This document shows positions 38,482 to 47,022 of a stretch of DNA of 64,000 nt, one piece after another; the first letter of the stretch is position 1; the number at the start of each line of letters is the position of its first letter. Source of the stretch: Candidatus Calditenuis fumarioli (GTDB taxonomy: Archaea; Thermoproteota; Nitrososphaeria_A; Caldarchaeales; Calditenuaceae); contig JANVYR010000001.1 of assembly GCA_030059665.1 (NCBI GenBank), positions 448,001 through 512,000 of the forward strand, written 5' to 3'. The position numbers and the translations under genes were made by a program. The notes beneath the pieces were generated by a model. That model saw nothing but the letters and a program-made list of their open reading frames with translations. It ran no database searches and was not told the origin of the DNA.

Positions 38482-39232
38482 AGGCGCGCTCTCCGGTTTC
38501 CTCAGGTCCCTGTACGCCTCGACGATGCTCTTCGGCGTCCTGCCGTTCAAGCAGAACCCGTTCTGGGCCCTCTCGCCGGCCCTCGCGCCGTTCGCCTTCC
38601 TCCTCTTCCTCTCGATCTACAGGTTCCAGCAGGTCGTGCCGTTCGCCCTCATCGGCGGCCTCATCTCGATCGTCGTCGCCAACTCGATATCGATGGAGAG
38701 CGATGCGGCGTTCAACAGGATCGTCCTAAGGCTCGACTCGATGTTCGCCCTGACGAAAGGAGGCCTGATCCCGTACGCAATTGGGCTGGCGCTCGGCAAC
38801 CTGATCAACGCGGTTCCGGGCGTGGCCGTCTTCGCCGTGCTGCTCTGGACCATGGCAGGCATCACGTCACCGCAGGCATGGGCAACGATGCTCGGGGCCC
38901 TCACGCTGATCTGGGCTGTCGTCTCCCTCCTCGGCTACCTCATCAGCACCTACGCGAGGGACATAAGGGACCTCTGGGTCTACTCGCCGCTGATGACCGC
39001 GCTCCTCGGCTACCTGCCGCCGGTCTACTACCCGCTCGAGCTGCTGCCGGACCCGTTCCTCAGGGCCATCGCGTTCATCTCTCCCACTACCTCCGCAGCG
39101 AGGCTGATGCACAGCGCCGCCGGCCTCGTCAAGCTCGGCCCGGGGGAGTTCGCCGTCCTCTGGGCGATCCCTGCGGCCCACGCGGTCGTCTTCGCAGCGC
39201 TTCTGTACAGGAGGGTCAGGCGGCCCATCTGA
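38471..39232 (+). CDS. ABC-2 type exporter permease
   Basis: Six TMs, PVYYPLELLP motif; overlaps the ATPase gene. Confidence 0.85.
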   Translation: MRVRGALSGFLRSLYASTMLFGVLPFKQNPFWALSPALAPFAFLLFLSIYRFQQVVPFALIGGLISIVVANSISMESDAAFNRIVLRLDSMFALTKGGLIPYAIGLALGNLINAVPGVAVFAVLLWTMAGITSPQAWATMLGALTLIWAVVSLLGYLISTYARDIRDLWVYSPLMTALLGYLPPVYYPLELLPDPFLRAIAFISPTTSAARLMHSAAGLVKLGPGEFAVLWAIPAAHAVVFAALLYRRVRRPI

Positions 39233-39337
39233 CGTGCTCTTTAGCAACCGAGATGGGATCGTCGTAGGTTCCATGTCCAGGCGGTCGGTGGCAGGGTTAT
39301 CACTTCGAGCACATCGCGTAAAACGGGAGGATCGCTT

Positions 39338-39808
39338 TTGGAGGTGAGGCTCAAACAGATAGGCGTCGTCAGGGTGAACGCGTCGGACGATGAGGTCAGG
39401 GAGAAGTCCGGGCAGCTGGAGGGCTACATCGAGGTCTTCGAGGAGTTCGCGGAGGGCCTCGATGGCATCGAGGAGTACTCCCACCTCTTCGTGATCGCGT
39501 ACCTCCACAGGTCCGAGTGGAGGGGGCTCCTGAAGGTCAGGCCGAGGAGGCTGCTCAAGAAGGGGTTCAGGGAGGACGAGCTTCCGGTGCTCGGGGTCTT
39601 CGCTACCGACTCCCCCGTCAGGCCCAACCCGATCGCGCTGACCCTCGTCAGACTGATCGGCAGGGAGGGGAACAGGCTACGCGTCAGGGGCCTCGACCTC
39701 TTCGACGGGACCCCGGTGCTGGACATAAAACCGTACCGACCGGATTATAGGGCGGAGGACTTCAAGATACCTGCGTGGGTGCTGCACGACACGCGGGAAG
39801 GGGTTTAG
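39338..39808 (+). CDS. tsaA: TrmO/TsaA (YaeB) family SAM-binding protein
   Basis: GL.GIEEYSHL, GVFAT.SP.RPNPI, GLDL.DGTPVLDIKPY. Confidence 0.88.
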   Translation: MEVRLKQIGVVRVNASDDEVREKSGQLEGYIEVFEEFAEGLDGIEEYSHLFVIAYLHRSEWRGLLKVRPRRLLKKGFREDELPVLGVFATDSPVRPNPIALTLVRLIGREGNRLRVRGLDLFDGTPVLDIKPYRPDYRAEDFKIPAWVLHDTREGV

Positions 39809-39827
39809 AGTCCACCGGGTTCAGGGA

Positions 39828-40445
39828 TCAACGGTTGCTTGACGTGAGGTGACGGACCACAATGGTCCTGAGCTGGTCCGAGAGCCTGCTCAACCTGTAA
39901 TCGATGGTGGCGTCGTAGATCATGCTGCCGTCGGCCCTGCTGACCCGAACGCCGCCGATGACGTCGATCGTCTTGCTCGAGACCTTCACCTTCACGCCCT
40001 TCTCCTTCGCGAGCTCCGAGGCCACGGACTTGACGGCCTTCAGGTCCTCCTCGCAGGTCTCCACCACGACCTCCTCCGAGCCGAGCGACTCGATGGCCTC
40101 CGTCAGCGAACTCCTGAGGAATTCCCTGTAGAGCTCGGAATCTCGGGTGGACTTGATCCGCTCTATCGCGTTCGTGACCGCCTTCCTCACGAGCTCCTCC
40201 AGAGTGTCGAGGTACTCGCGCCTCGCCTCGGCCTCCACCTGGCTGATCCTCCGCCTCCTCTCGGCGTCGACCTCCCTCCTGACGGTCTCGAGGCCCCTCC
40301 TGAGCTCCTGGAGCAGCTCCTCCCTGCTCCGCTCCAGCTCCTGACCGATCCTCTTCCGCGCCTCCTCGAGCCTCACCTCGTACTCGGCGATCGCCTCCTG
40401 GACCACCTCGTCTATCAGGGACTCGAGCGTGACCGACAAATCCAC
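39828..40445 (-). CDS. atpE: A/V-type ATP synthase subunit E
   Basis: Long charged helix followed by a globular C-terminal IGGVRV..ADG..IYDATID.RL motif. Confidence 0.85.
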   Translation of the reverse strand: MDLSVTLESLIDEVVQEAIAEYEVRLEEARKRIGQELERSREELLQELRRGLETVRREVDAERRRRISQVEAEARREYLDTLEELVRKAVTNAIERIKSTRDSELYREFLRSSLTEAIESLGSEEVVVETCEEDLKAVKSVASELAKEKGVKVKVSSKTIDVIGGVRVSRADGSMIYDATIDYRLSRLSDQLRTIVVRHLTSSNR

Positions 40446-40473
40446 GCCGATCCGTCATGAGCGATATTTCAAT

Positions 40474-40788
40474 TCATCCGCATCCGGCCTCGAGGCTGAT
40501 GAGGTAGGTCCTCCCCGAGTACCTTACCCTGATCGGCAGACCGTTTGAGCGGAGGAGCGCGGTGACCGCTTCCCCTCCCACCTCGACCACCACCGGGTCG
40601 GGGAAGACGTGGGGATACTCCCGCCCGAACCTCCGGATCAGCTCCTTCCGCTCCGAGTACCTCCTGCTCGCTTCCGCGAAGGCCCTGGAGAGTCCCAACC
40701 CATCGGCGGAACGCTCGTCCAATTCCAGATCGGGCTCGACCCCCTCCACCTCCACGACCTTCAGCCTGTAGGTCCTCGCGATGTCCAC
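40474..40788 (-). CDS. Hypothetical protein
   Basis: Host-like codon usage; tightly packed behind the upstream gene; no recognised motif. Confidence 0.5.
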   Translation of the reverse strand: MDIARTYRLKVVEVEGVEPDLELDERSADGLGLSRAFAEASRRYSERKELIRRFGREYPHVFPDPVVVEVGGEAVTALLRSNGLPIRVRYSGRTYLISLEAGCG

Positions 40789-40812
40789 GAGCTCCCCACC
40801 GAGACTGACGCC

Positions 40813-41838
40813 TCACCGCCTCCTCAAAGCCCTGAAGGCCTTGGCAACGCAACCGACCCTCGAGCTGAGGGGGAGGGAGAAGGCGACGTTGGCGATAGAG
40901 AGGGCCAGCATCAGGAACGCGAAGAGGCCGGTCCTCCCCGTTGCGAGCAGGTACAAGGGCACCGCGAAGGGAGAGATCATGGAAGCCAGCGGACCCGCGA
41001 GGTACATCGCGAAGTACCCCAGCCTGCCGGCTTTGCTCCTCTCCCGGTCTATCTTGATCCCGAGGGCGACGACGAAGGGCCTTATCGATTTGGGGAACCA
41101 CCCCGCCCGGACCATGTTGGAGAGGCCGACGTAGTAGTGGCTGAACCTGAGACCCGCGATCGCGCCGACGACGAGGTGGGCGAGGTCGTGCGTGAAGAAC
41201 CAGAGGACGAACCAAGCGATCAGCTTCGCGATGTAATCGATGGGCCTCTCGAAGGTCCAGACGGTGAGGAAGAAGGCCGCCAGCAAAGCCAGGAGGCTGA
41301 GCGCGGTTCCGCGTGGAACCGATAGCTTGAGAGGGTCCCTGTAGACCGGCTTTCTTCCTCCTTCAAGGAGCGCCTTGATCGCCTCGACCCTGTACTCCAA
41401 TGCTCGTTTGAGGACGAGCCTCGCTGCGGGCATGAGCAGAGGGTTAGCGCTGAGCACGAACTCCTCGACGACGCGCGTTCCACCACCGCTCGACTCCAAC
41501 TTCTGGCTGTGTTCGAGCCTCGCCCCGAGGACGTCCTCGAGCACGTGAAGGCTCGTCGTATCGGTCTCCTCAAGCACCTTGAACCTGAGCGTCACAGGCT
41601 GCCCGAGCAATCTGCCTCCCACGGAGTACTCGGCACCCGCCTCGACCCTCTTGGGCCCCTCGACGACCCTCAGCGCGAACTCCTTGGGCCAGACCCGCTC
41701 GAGGTTGGAGACGTCCCTGAAGAACTCCTTGACCTTGCCTATTGGGACACCGACCTCGTACTCGAACCTCAACCTGCTCTGCAAGTCACAGAGCGTTGCG
41801 GAATAACGCTGAGGATATAATAAGGATGAGACGTTCAC
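40813..41838 (-). CDS. SRPBCC/START-like domain fused to an M50 (site-2 protease)-like membrane domain
   Basis: EFFRDVSNLERVWP...LEHSQKLESSGGGTRVVEEF (SRPBCC); TM region with THDLAH and LAGPLAS. Confidence 0.55.
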   Translation of the reverse strand: MNVSSLLYPQRYSATLCDLQSRLRFEYEVGVPIGKVKEFFRDVSNLERVWPKEFALRVVEGPKRVEAGAEYSVGGRLLGQPVTLRFKVLEETDTTSLHVLEDVLGARLEHSQKLESSGGGTRVVEEFVLSANPLLMPAARLVLKRALEYRVEAIKALLEGGRKPVYRDPLKLSVPRGTALSLLALLAAFFLTVWTFERPIDYIAKLIAWFVLWFFTHDLAHLVVGAIAGLRFSHYYVGLSNMVRAGWFPKSIRPFVVALGIKIDRERSKAGRLGYFAMYLAGPLASMISPFAVPLYLLATGRTGLFAFLMLALSIANVAFSLPLSSRVGCVAKAFRALRRR

Positions 41839-42109
41839 GCTACTTCATCCATGGGTAGCCTCCAAGCCTCTGTCGTGTTGCGGAACCGGTCAACAGCAGC
41901 TTCACAACGTCTTTGTGGACTTCAAGGCCACCGACCGAATTGCTTGTACCATGTCCCGAGCTGACTTTGGAATTAGGCCTGTCCCCACATCGCATCGGTA
42001 CCGACGGGTCGACGGAAAGGGGCGTCGCCATGGTATCCGCAAATTTCCAATCGCCCCCGCTTCGGTCTTCAAGCGCTCGTTAGTGCGAGGTTAGTGATGT
42101 CAAAAGGCA

Positions 42110-42330
42110 ACTAAGGTAATACCATTTTTCAGCAACTGATAAGTGCTCTGAATTGAGTTGATATTGAGATTCAATTTTTCGCGCAACGAGCAGCATATAT
42201 AAATCATCTATATGAAATTTTCTGAAGACTACCCCCATCATCTTAAAATAGAGGTCAAAAGATTCATCCGTGCGAAGGGGTGGCGCGGCGGGAAGTCGCG
42301 CAGAGCCCGAAAATCCCGGAATCGGGAACG
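42110..42330 (+). promoter_or_regulatory. CRISPR leader
   Basis: Markedly AT-rich non-coding tract with TATATAAA (about 42196) directly 5' of repeat 1. Confidence 0.7.
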
Positions 42331-42634
42331 GTGATCCCGAGAGAGGGAGTTGAAAGCTGCTACCGGGATCGGCACGTCAATCTCCTCTACCCATGCCCAC
42401 GTGATCCCGAGAGAGGGAGTTGAAAGGACGCGGAGCAGAAGATCAGAAGTGGTGCGGTCAAGAAAGTATGTGATCCCGAGAGAGGGAGTTGAAAGGATAT
42501 CATTCGTGGCCATGGCCCAGATCCTTAACCTGTCCCGGGTTCTTGTGATCCCGAGAGAGGGAGTTGAAAGCGTCAGTCTGGAGGTGTCAAAAAATACGTT
42601 ACCAAAAAGTGATCCCGAGAGAGGGAGTTGAAAG
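42331..42634 (+). CRISPR. CRISPR array: 5 identical 26-nt repeats (GTGATCCCGAGAGAGGGAGTTGAAAG), 4 spacers of 44, 43, 49 and 38 nt
   Basis: Repeats at 42331, 42401, 42470, 42545 and 42609; TCCC/GGGA hairpin followed by 8-nt handle GTTGAAAG. Confidence 0.97.
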
Positions 42635-42723
42635 TCATGGGTGGCGGCCGCGTCATCCACAGCGCTCGCTGAGTCGAACGGGCCCGTTGCATCCGTAAAT
42701 ACTCGGACCGCAGGCCAGATCCG

Positions 42724-42885
42724 ATGAGCCCGCAGGATTCCGACCTCCGTTCGAGGGTCGAGAGGCTCGAGGCGGAGTTGTCCAGGTTAGCATCGAGGAT
42801 GGAGCGGATCGAGTCCGAGCTCAGGGAGGTGAGGCTCGAGCTGGAGGACCTCATCTCGAAGGTCGAGGAGCTGGAGCGGAGATGA
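42724..42885 (+). CDS. 53-aa heptad coiled-coil protein (MSPQDSDLRSRVERLEAELSRLASRMERIESELREVRLELEDLISKVEELERR); not in ORF track
   Basis: Clear L/V/I heptads; ATGA overlap with the next gene. Confidence 0.7.
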   Translation: MSPQDSDLRSRVERLEAELSRLASRMERIESELREVRLELEDLISKVEELERR

Positions 42886-43787
42886 GCCGCGCCAGCGAGG
42901 CCTACGACATCGAAACCGATGCGATGTTCTTCTGCGACGACGAGCACTTCGACCACAGGGTCTACAGGGAGCTCGCGAAAAGGGAGAGGAACGGACAGCG
43001 AAGGGAGCTGCTCGAGCGTTTGGCGGAGATGGAGCGGAGGCACTACGAGTTCTGGCAGTCACTTGTCCCCTCCCACAGGCCGAAATCCAGGTCGCTCAGG
43101 TTCAGAACGATACTCCTGTTACGGGCCCTGCTGGGGTTGACGTTCGTGACGAAGCTCCTCGAGCGACACGAGTCCGAGGTCGTGAGGAGGTACAGGAGCG
43201 TGCTGGATAAGGTCGACGGTCAGGTCCGGGAGAAGGTCGAGGAGTTCCTGAGGGACGAGGAGGAGCACGAGAGGGCGCTGCTCTCGCAGATCGATGAGCC
43301 GCTGCTCAGGTACATCGGCTTCGTAGCTCTCGGCCTCTCCGACTCGATGATCGAGGTCACAGGCGTCCATGCCGGGTTCCTCGGCGTCACGGCGTCCACC
43401 GTTGTCGCTGGAGTCGCCGGCCTCATCGTCGGCTTCGCGGCTTCGATCTCGATGGGCGTCGCTGCCTACCTCAAGGCGAAGAGCGAGCTCAGGCAGAACC
43501 CAATTGCCTCCGGCCTCGTAACGGGCCTCGTTTACCTGCTCTCGACCGTTCTCCTCGCGCTGCCCTACTTCGCCACGCACGACATGCTCCTGGCCTTCTC
43601 GAGCTCCGTTGCGCTGGCGATCGCGATGGCGTCCTTCTTCACCTTCTACGTCGCGGTCGTCAACGACTCCAGCTTCGGGAGGGAGGTGCTGGAGAACGTG
43701 GCCCTGATAATGGGCACGGCGGCTGCGACCTTCTTCTTCGGCGAGTTCCTCGGCAACCTCTTCGGCATCCACGGATACTTCAGGTGA
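42882..43787 (+). CDS. Rubrerythrin/ferritin-like + VIT1/CCC1 iron transporter fusion
   Basis: ExxD/ExxH di-iron motifs (EMERRH, DEEEHE), then LGLSD...G..AG..VG..ASISMG...YL TM domain. Confidence 0.85.
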   Translation: MSRASEAYDIETDAMFFCDDEHFDHRVYRELAKRERNGQRRELLERLAEMERRHYEFWQSLVPSHRPKSRSLRFRTILLLRALLGLTFVTKLLERHESEVVRRYRSVLDKVDGQVREKVEEFLRDEEEHERALLSQIDEPLLRYIGFVALGLSDSMIEVTGVHAGFLGVTASTVVAGVAGLIVGFAASISMGVAAYLKAKSELRQNPIASGLVTGLVYLLSTVLLALPYFATHDMLLAFSSSVALAIAMASFFTFYVAVVNDSSFGREVLENVALIMGTAAATFFFGEFLGNLFGIHGYFR

Positions 43788-45255
43788 GGCCGAGTCTTTC
43801 GTTGGCTTCTTTCAGCTCCCGGAGCAGCTGCGCCCGCCACCTCGGGAAGTCTGCGCTCCTCTCCGGGTAGTTCAGGTAGTGTTTGATCAGCCTCCTGCTC
43901 TTGTTGGCGACGTAGGCCAGGGACCTGGCGAGCTTCGGCCTCTCCCTCACCCTCCTCCTCAGCTCAGCGTCCAGCAGCACCCTCAGGAAGTTCGTCAGCA
44001 GCGGGAACCTCGGGTGCTCCCGGCGCTTGATGCTCTCGATGTCGTCCTCGCTCAGGAAGTGCTTCATCCCGAAGGAGATGTCGTCGTTCGGCAGCGTCTG
44101 CAGGTACCTCCTCAGCACCTCGAACCCAGCCATCTGGTAACCGTAAACCCTCACGTACTCGACGTTGTAACCCCACAGACCGTCTTGGCTAACGTCGTTC
44201 TCCTCGATGGCCCTCACCACGTTCCTCCCGAGGATCACCGAGCCGTAAAGGGATGGACCGAGCCCACCGGCGTCGATCGGCCTCGGCATCCACGCGGCGT
44301 CGCCGACGACGACGTACCCGTTCGCGACCATGCAGTCGTTCTGCCTCCTGACGGGGACCTGCCATGTGCTGTAGGTGTTCCCCTGGTCCGGGTAACCCTC
44401 GGGCTCCCTCGGGTTCACGATCGCCCTGTTGGCCCTGACGTACTGGTCTATCAGCGAGGTCAGGTTGTCCCTCAGCCCGTATGCGGCGTTCCTCCGGTCC
44501 AGCGCGGTCTTCTGGACGCCGAGGCCTATGTTCACCTTGCTCTCCCCTTTTGGGAAGGTCCAGCAGTACCCGCCCGGCGCTAGAAACTGGTCGAGGTGGA
44601 TGATGCAGTACCTCGGGTCGAACCAGGTCTCGTCCTCCACGACCCTGTCGAACTCCAAGATGTACCTGCCCGTCGCCTCCATGTCGTTCTCCTTGTCGAT
44701 CTCCCTCTCCACGTAGCTCTCTATCGGGAGGTTCGACCTCAGGACGGAGGCCGAGCCCGAGGCGTCCACGACGACCTTCGCCCTCACCTCGACCGGTTCG
44801 CCGTCCCTGCTGGTCCCCTTGACGCCGACGATCCTGTTGTCCTCCGCGATGAGCTGCCTCGCGTCAACCCCGAAGAGAACCTCCACCCCGAACTTCTCCA
44901 GGTACTGGAGCTGCTTCTGAGGCCAGAGCTTCCTGTTCAGGAGGTACCCCTCTCCGTCGAAGAGGACCTTCGTCTCGTGGTCCGGCGATATCACGAGGAC
45001 CCCGTCGACCTCGTGCTCGATCTCCGGCCGCTCGTACATGATCCCCAGGTTCTCCATGACGAACTCGAGGCTCCTCTTGCTCACCGCGTCGCCGCACGTC
45101 CATCCCCTTCTGGTCTTCTTCCCGAACTCCGACCGCTCGTTCCTGTCGATCAGGACCACCCTAATGTTCTGCTTTGAGAACCTCGCGACCGCCATCGCGG
45201 TGTGCGATCCCGCTGGACCTCCTCCGACCACGACGACGTCGCAGTCGATCCGCAT
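43780..45255 (-). CDS. Geranylgeranyl reductase family (digeranylgeranylglycerophospholipid reductase-like)
   Basis: DVVVVGGGPAGS, TCGDAV, PGGYCWTFPKG, VGDAA..P.PIDAGG. Confidence 0.85.
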   Translation of the reverse strand: MRIDCDVVVVGGGPAGSHTAMAVARFSKQNIRVVLIDRNERSEFGKKTRRGWTCGDAVSKRSLEFVMENLGIMYERPEIEHEVDGVLVISPDHETKVLFDGEGYLLNRKLWPQKQLQYLEKFGVEVLFGVDARQLIAEDNRIVGVKGTSRDGEPVEVRAKVVVDASGSASVLRSNLPIESYVEREIDKENDMEATGRYILEFDRVVEDETWFDPRYCIIHLDQFLAPGGYCWTFPKGESKVNIGLGVQKTALDRRNAAYGLRDNLTSLIDQYVRANRAIVNPREPEGYPDQGNTYSTWQVPVRRQNDCMVANGYVVVGDAAWMPRPIDAGGLGPSLYGSVILGRNVVRAIEENDVSQDGLWGYNVEYVRVYGYQMAGFEVLRRYLQTLPNDDISFGMKHFLSEDDIESIKRREHPRFPLLTNFLRVLLDAELRRRVRERPKLARSLAYVANKSRRLIKHYLNYPERSADFPRWRAQLLRELKEANERLGLT

Positions 45256-45500
45256 CGTTCGCCCCTCGTCCTCGCATGGGAAATAACTTTTCCTCGATGC
45301 ATGGGTGAGCGCGCTGCTATTCGTGCCTTCGTGAGAACAGAGGTAGATTCAGAAGGCGTACGTGCAATCCGATCGAGAACGCTGTCCGTGTCTGGAACGC
45401 GCGGTCTGGATGCCGACGACGTTTCCCTCGAACCTCACGCCAAGTTGATATCGAGGACCGAGGCACTCCTGTTGCCGGCGGACCGTCCACCTCGGCGGTA

Positions 45501-45574
45501 GGGCCCGTAGCTCAGCCAGGTAGAGCGGCCGGCTCTTAACCGGTAGGTCGCGGGTTCGAATCCCGCCGGGCCCG
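45501..45574 (+). tRNA. trnK: tRNA-Lys(CUU), intronless
   Basis: GGGCCCGTAGCTCAGCCAGGTAGAGCGGCCGGCTCTTAACCGGTAGGTCGCGGGTTCGAATCCCGCCGGGCCCG. Confidence 0.96.
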
Positions 45575-45632
45575 CAATTATACCTGACTAAAGGACGGAT
45601 TGACGCGTTCGAGCCCGCCAACTAGAACCAAC

Positions 45633-45720
45633 GTGTGTCGCACAGGGAGTTGAAAGTTCTCATCGACGCCCGTCGTGACTGCCTGACCAAGAATTCGGTA
45701 TCTCGGAAACGGATTGAAAC
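45633..45720 (+). CRISPR. Degenerate CRISPR mini-array (repeat-like 1, 41-nt spacer, repeat-like 2)
   Basis: 45644-45656 AGGGAGTTGAAAG equals the last 13 nt of the array repeat. 45698-45720 GTATCTCGGAAACGGATTGAAAC aligns along the whole repeat and ends in an ATTGAAAC handle. Confidence 0.75.
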
Positions 45721-45819
45721 TTGGGGAACGGCAGCGTGTGTTTCGACAGGCAGACTGGTTCGACCGGTATACTCCGATATGAGCTGTTGAGGGAATCACC
45801 AGATCCTATTATGAAATTG

Positions 45820-46302
45820 ATGGCTAAACGACAAAAACCGCATCCCCTCACTGTCAACGGTTATCTATTGGATGGGAAATTCTTTGATGCCGTGACTCAG
45901 GTGAGACCTGGGTCTGGAGGCCCCACTCTGGACGTGGACGAAACTATGCTGGATTATGCGGTAAGGATCGGCACAACCGCGCAAATTAGAGGGATCAAAG
46001 GTCATCAAATGGAGCAGCTGATGGTTTCGCTCGACTCGATCCCAGACAAAAGACTAGCTCTGCTCGTCACCGCGATCTTTGCCATGAGGCAGGCGGAGAG
46101 GAAGCAATTCAACGCAGAAGCCGCTAGGATAGTGTCGGAGGCGATGAAATACCTGTACGAGACCAATAGGGACGTTGATTCAGCGAGGGTGCTCCTCGGC
46201 TTAGCCAAGTGGGTGTACGAGGCGTCAGAGGGCCTTCAACTGAACAGGCCCGTAGGATCCGCCAAGGAATTCGTGAACCTTCTCACGGGGACGAGGCGTT
46301 GA
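45820..46302 (+). CDS. csm2: Type III small subunit Csm2/Cas11-like (start uncertain: 45721/45811/45820/45946)
   Basis: All-helical small protein (AIFAMRQAER...ARVLLGLAKWVYE) at the head of the RAMP/Cas10 operon; TTGA overlap with the next gene. Confidence 0.65.
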   Translation: MAKRQKPHPLTVNGYLLDGKFFDAVTQVRPGSGGPTLDVDETMLDYAVRIGTTAQIRGIKGHQMEQLMVSLDSIPDKRLALLVTAIFAMRQAERKQFNAEAARIVSEAMKYLYETNRDVDSARVLLGLAKWVYEASEGLQLNRPVGSAKEFVNLLTGTRR

Positions 46303-47021
46303 CGACCAACCTACGGCCTGAGGAGGTGCTCGACCTCGACGTGCTGAAGAGGCTGACGGTCATCAGGGGAAGGCTCAGGAACGAGACGCCGCTCAGGGTA
46401 GGGATTGGTCGCGAAGGTAGGCTCGGGTCGACGTCGGACATAACCGTCATTAGAACCAAAAGTCTGTGGGGCGAGGAGGTCCCCTACATACCAGGGTCGA
46501 GCCTGAAGGGGGTCTTCAGGTCCTTCGTCGAGCAGCTCGCGAGGTCCGGGGGTTTGCAGGTTCACGACCCATGGGACTTCGAAGCGATGGAGCGGGAGGA
46601 GCGCGGGGGCTTCTGCGTCGTCTGTGCGCTGTTCGGCAGCACAAGAGTCGCCTCGCACGTCAGGATCTACGACGCCTTTCCGCCGGAGGGCAAAGTGCCA
46701 ACTATCGTTTACAAGACCGGCGTGGGCATAGACAGAGACTTCCTCGGTGCCAAGCCGAACATCCTATACACGGAGGAGTTCGTGGAGCCGGGTAACGAAT
46801 GGGAGTTCAGGATGGACGTGATCAACGTTCCCTTCCCTGACGGCGAAGATCCGCGGACGAGGTACCTGAAGGAGCTCCTAGACTCTCTGAAAACGATGGG
46901 GCTCCAGGTTGGTGCCAGGAAGAGCGTCGGAATGGGCCTGGTCAAACTGGTCGGGGGTACCTACGAAGTGTACGCGGTCGAGGGAGGGTCCGTCAGTAAG
47001 GTCTCGGAGGGGACGATCTGA
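46299..47021 (+). CDS. csm3: Cas7-group RAMP (Csm3-like)
   Basis: TPLRVGIG...SD, PYIPGSSLKGVFRS, CVVCALFG, VGIDR, QVGARKSVGMG. Confidence 0.9.
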   Translation: MTTNLRPEEVLDLDVLKRLTVIRGRLRNETPLRVGIGREGRLGSTSDITVIRTKSLWGEEVPYIPGSSLKGVFRSFVEQLARSGGLQVHDPWDFEAMEREERGGFCVVCALFGSTRVASHVRIYDAFPPEGKVPTIVYKTGVGIDRDFLGAKPNILYTEEFVEPGNEWEFRMDVINVPFPDGEDPRTRYLKELLDSLKTMGLQVGARKSVGMGLVKLVGGTYEVYAVEGGSVSKVSEGTI

Positions 47022-47022
47022 G

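Noticed and set aside
41840-42031. ORF with GLEVHKD resembling an IS110 transposase N-terminus; another frame reads DVGTG like a methyltransferase
   Set aside because: Both similarities are only 5-7 residues long and mutually exclusive, with no extended transposase homology or IS ends.
42238-42660. 140-aa ORF (and the 93-aa + strand ORF) spanning the CRISPR array, with repeated LSTPSLGIT
   Set aside because: The peptide periodicity is simply the translated repeat; the open frame is incidental.
45657-45697. 7-8 nt complementarity of the mini-array spacer (CTGCCTG) to 45747-45753 and to about 13233-13240
   Set aside because: Matches this short are expected by chance; not accepted as targets.
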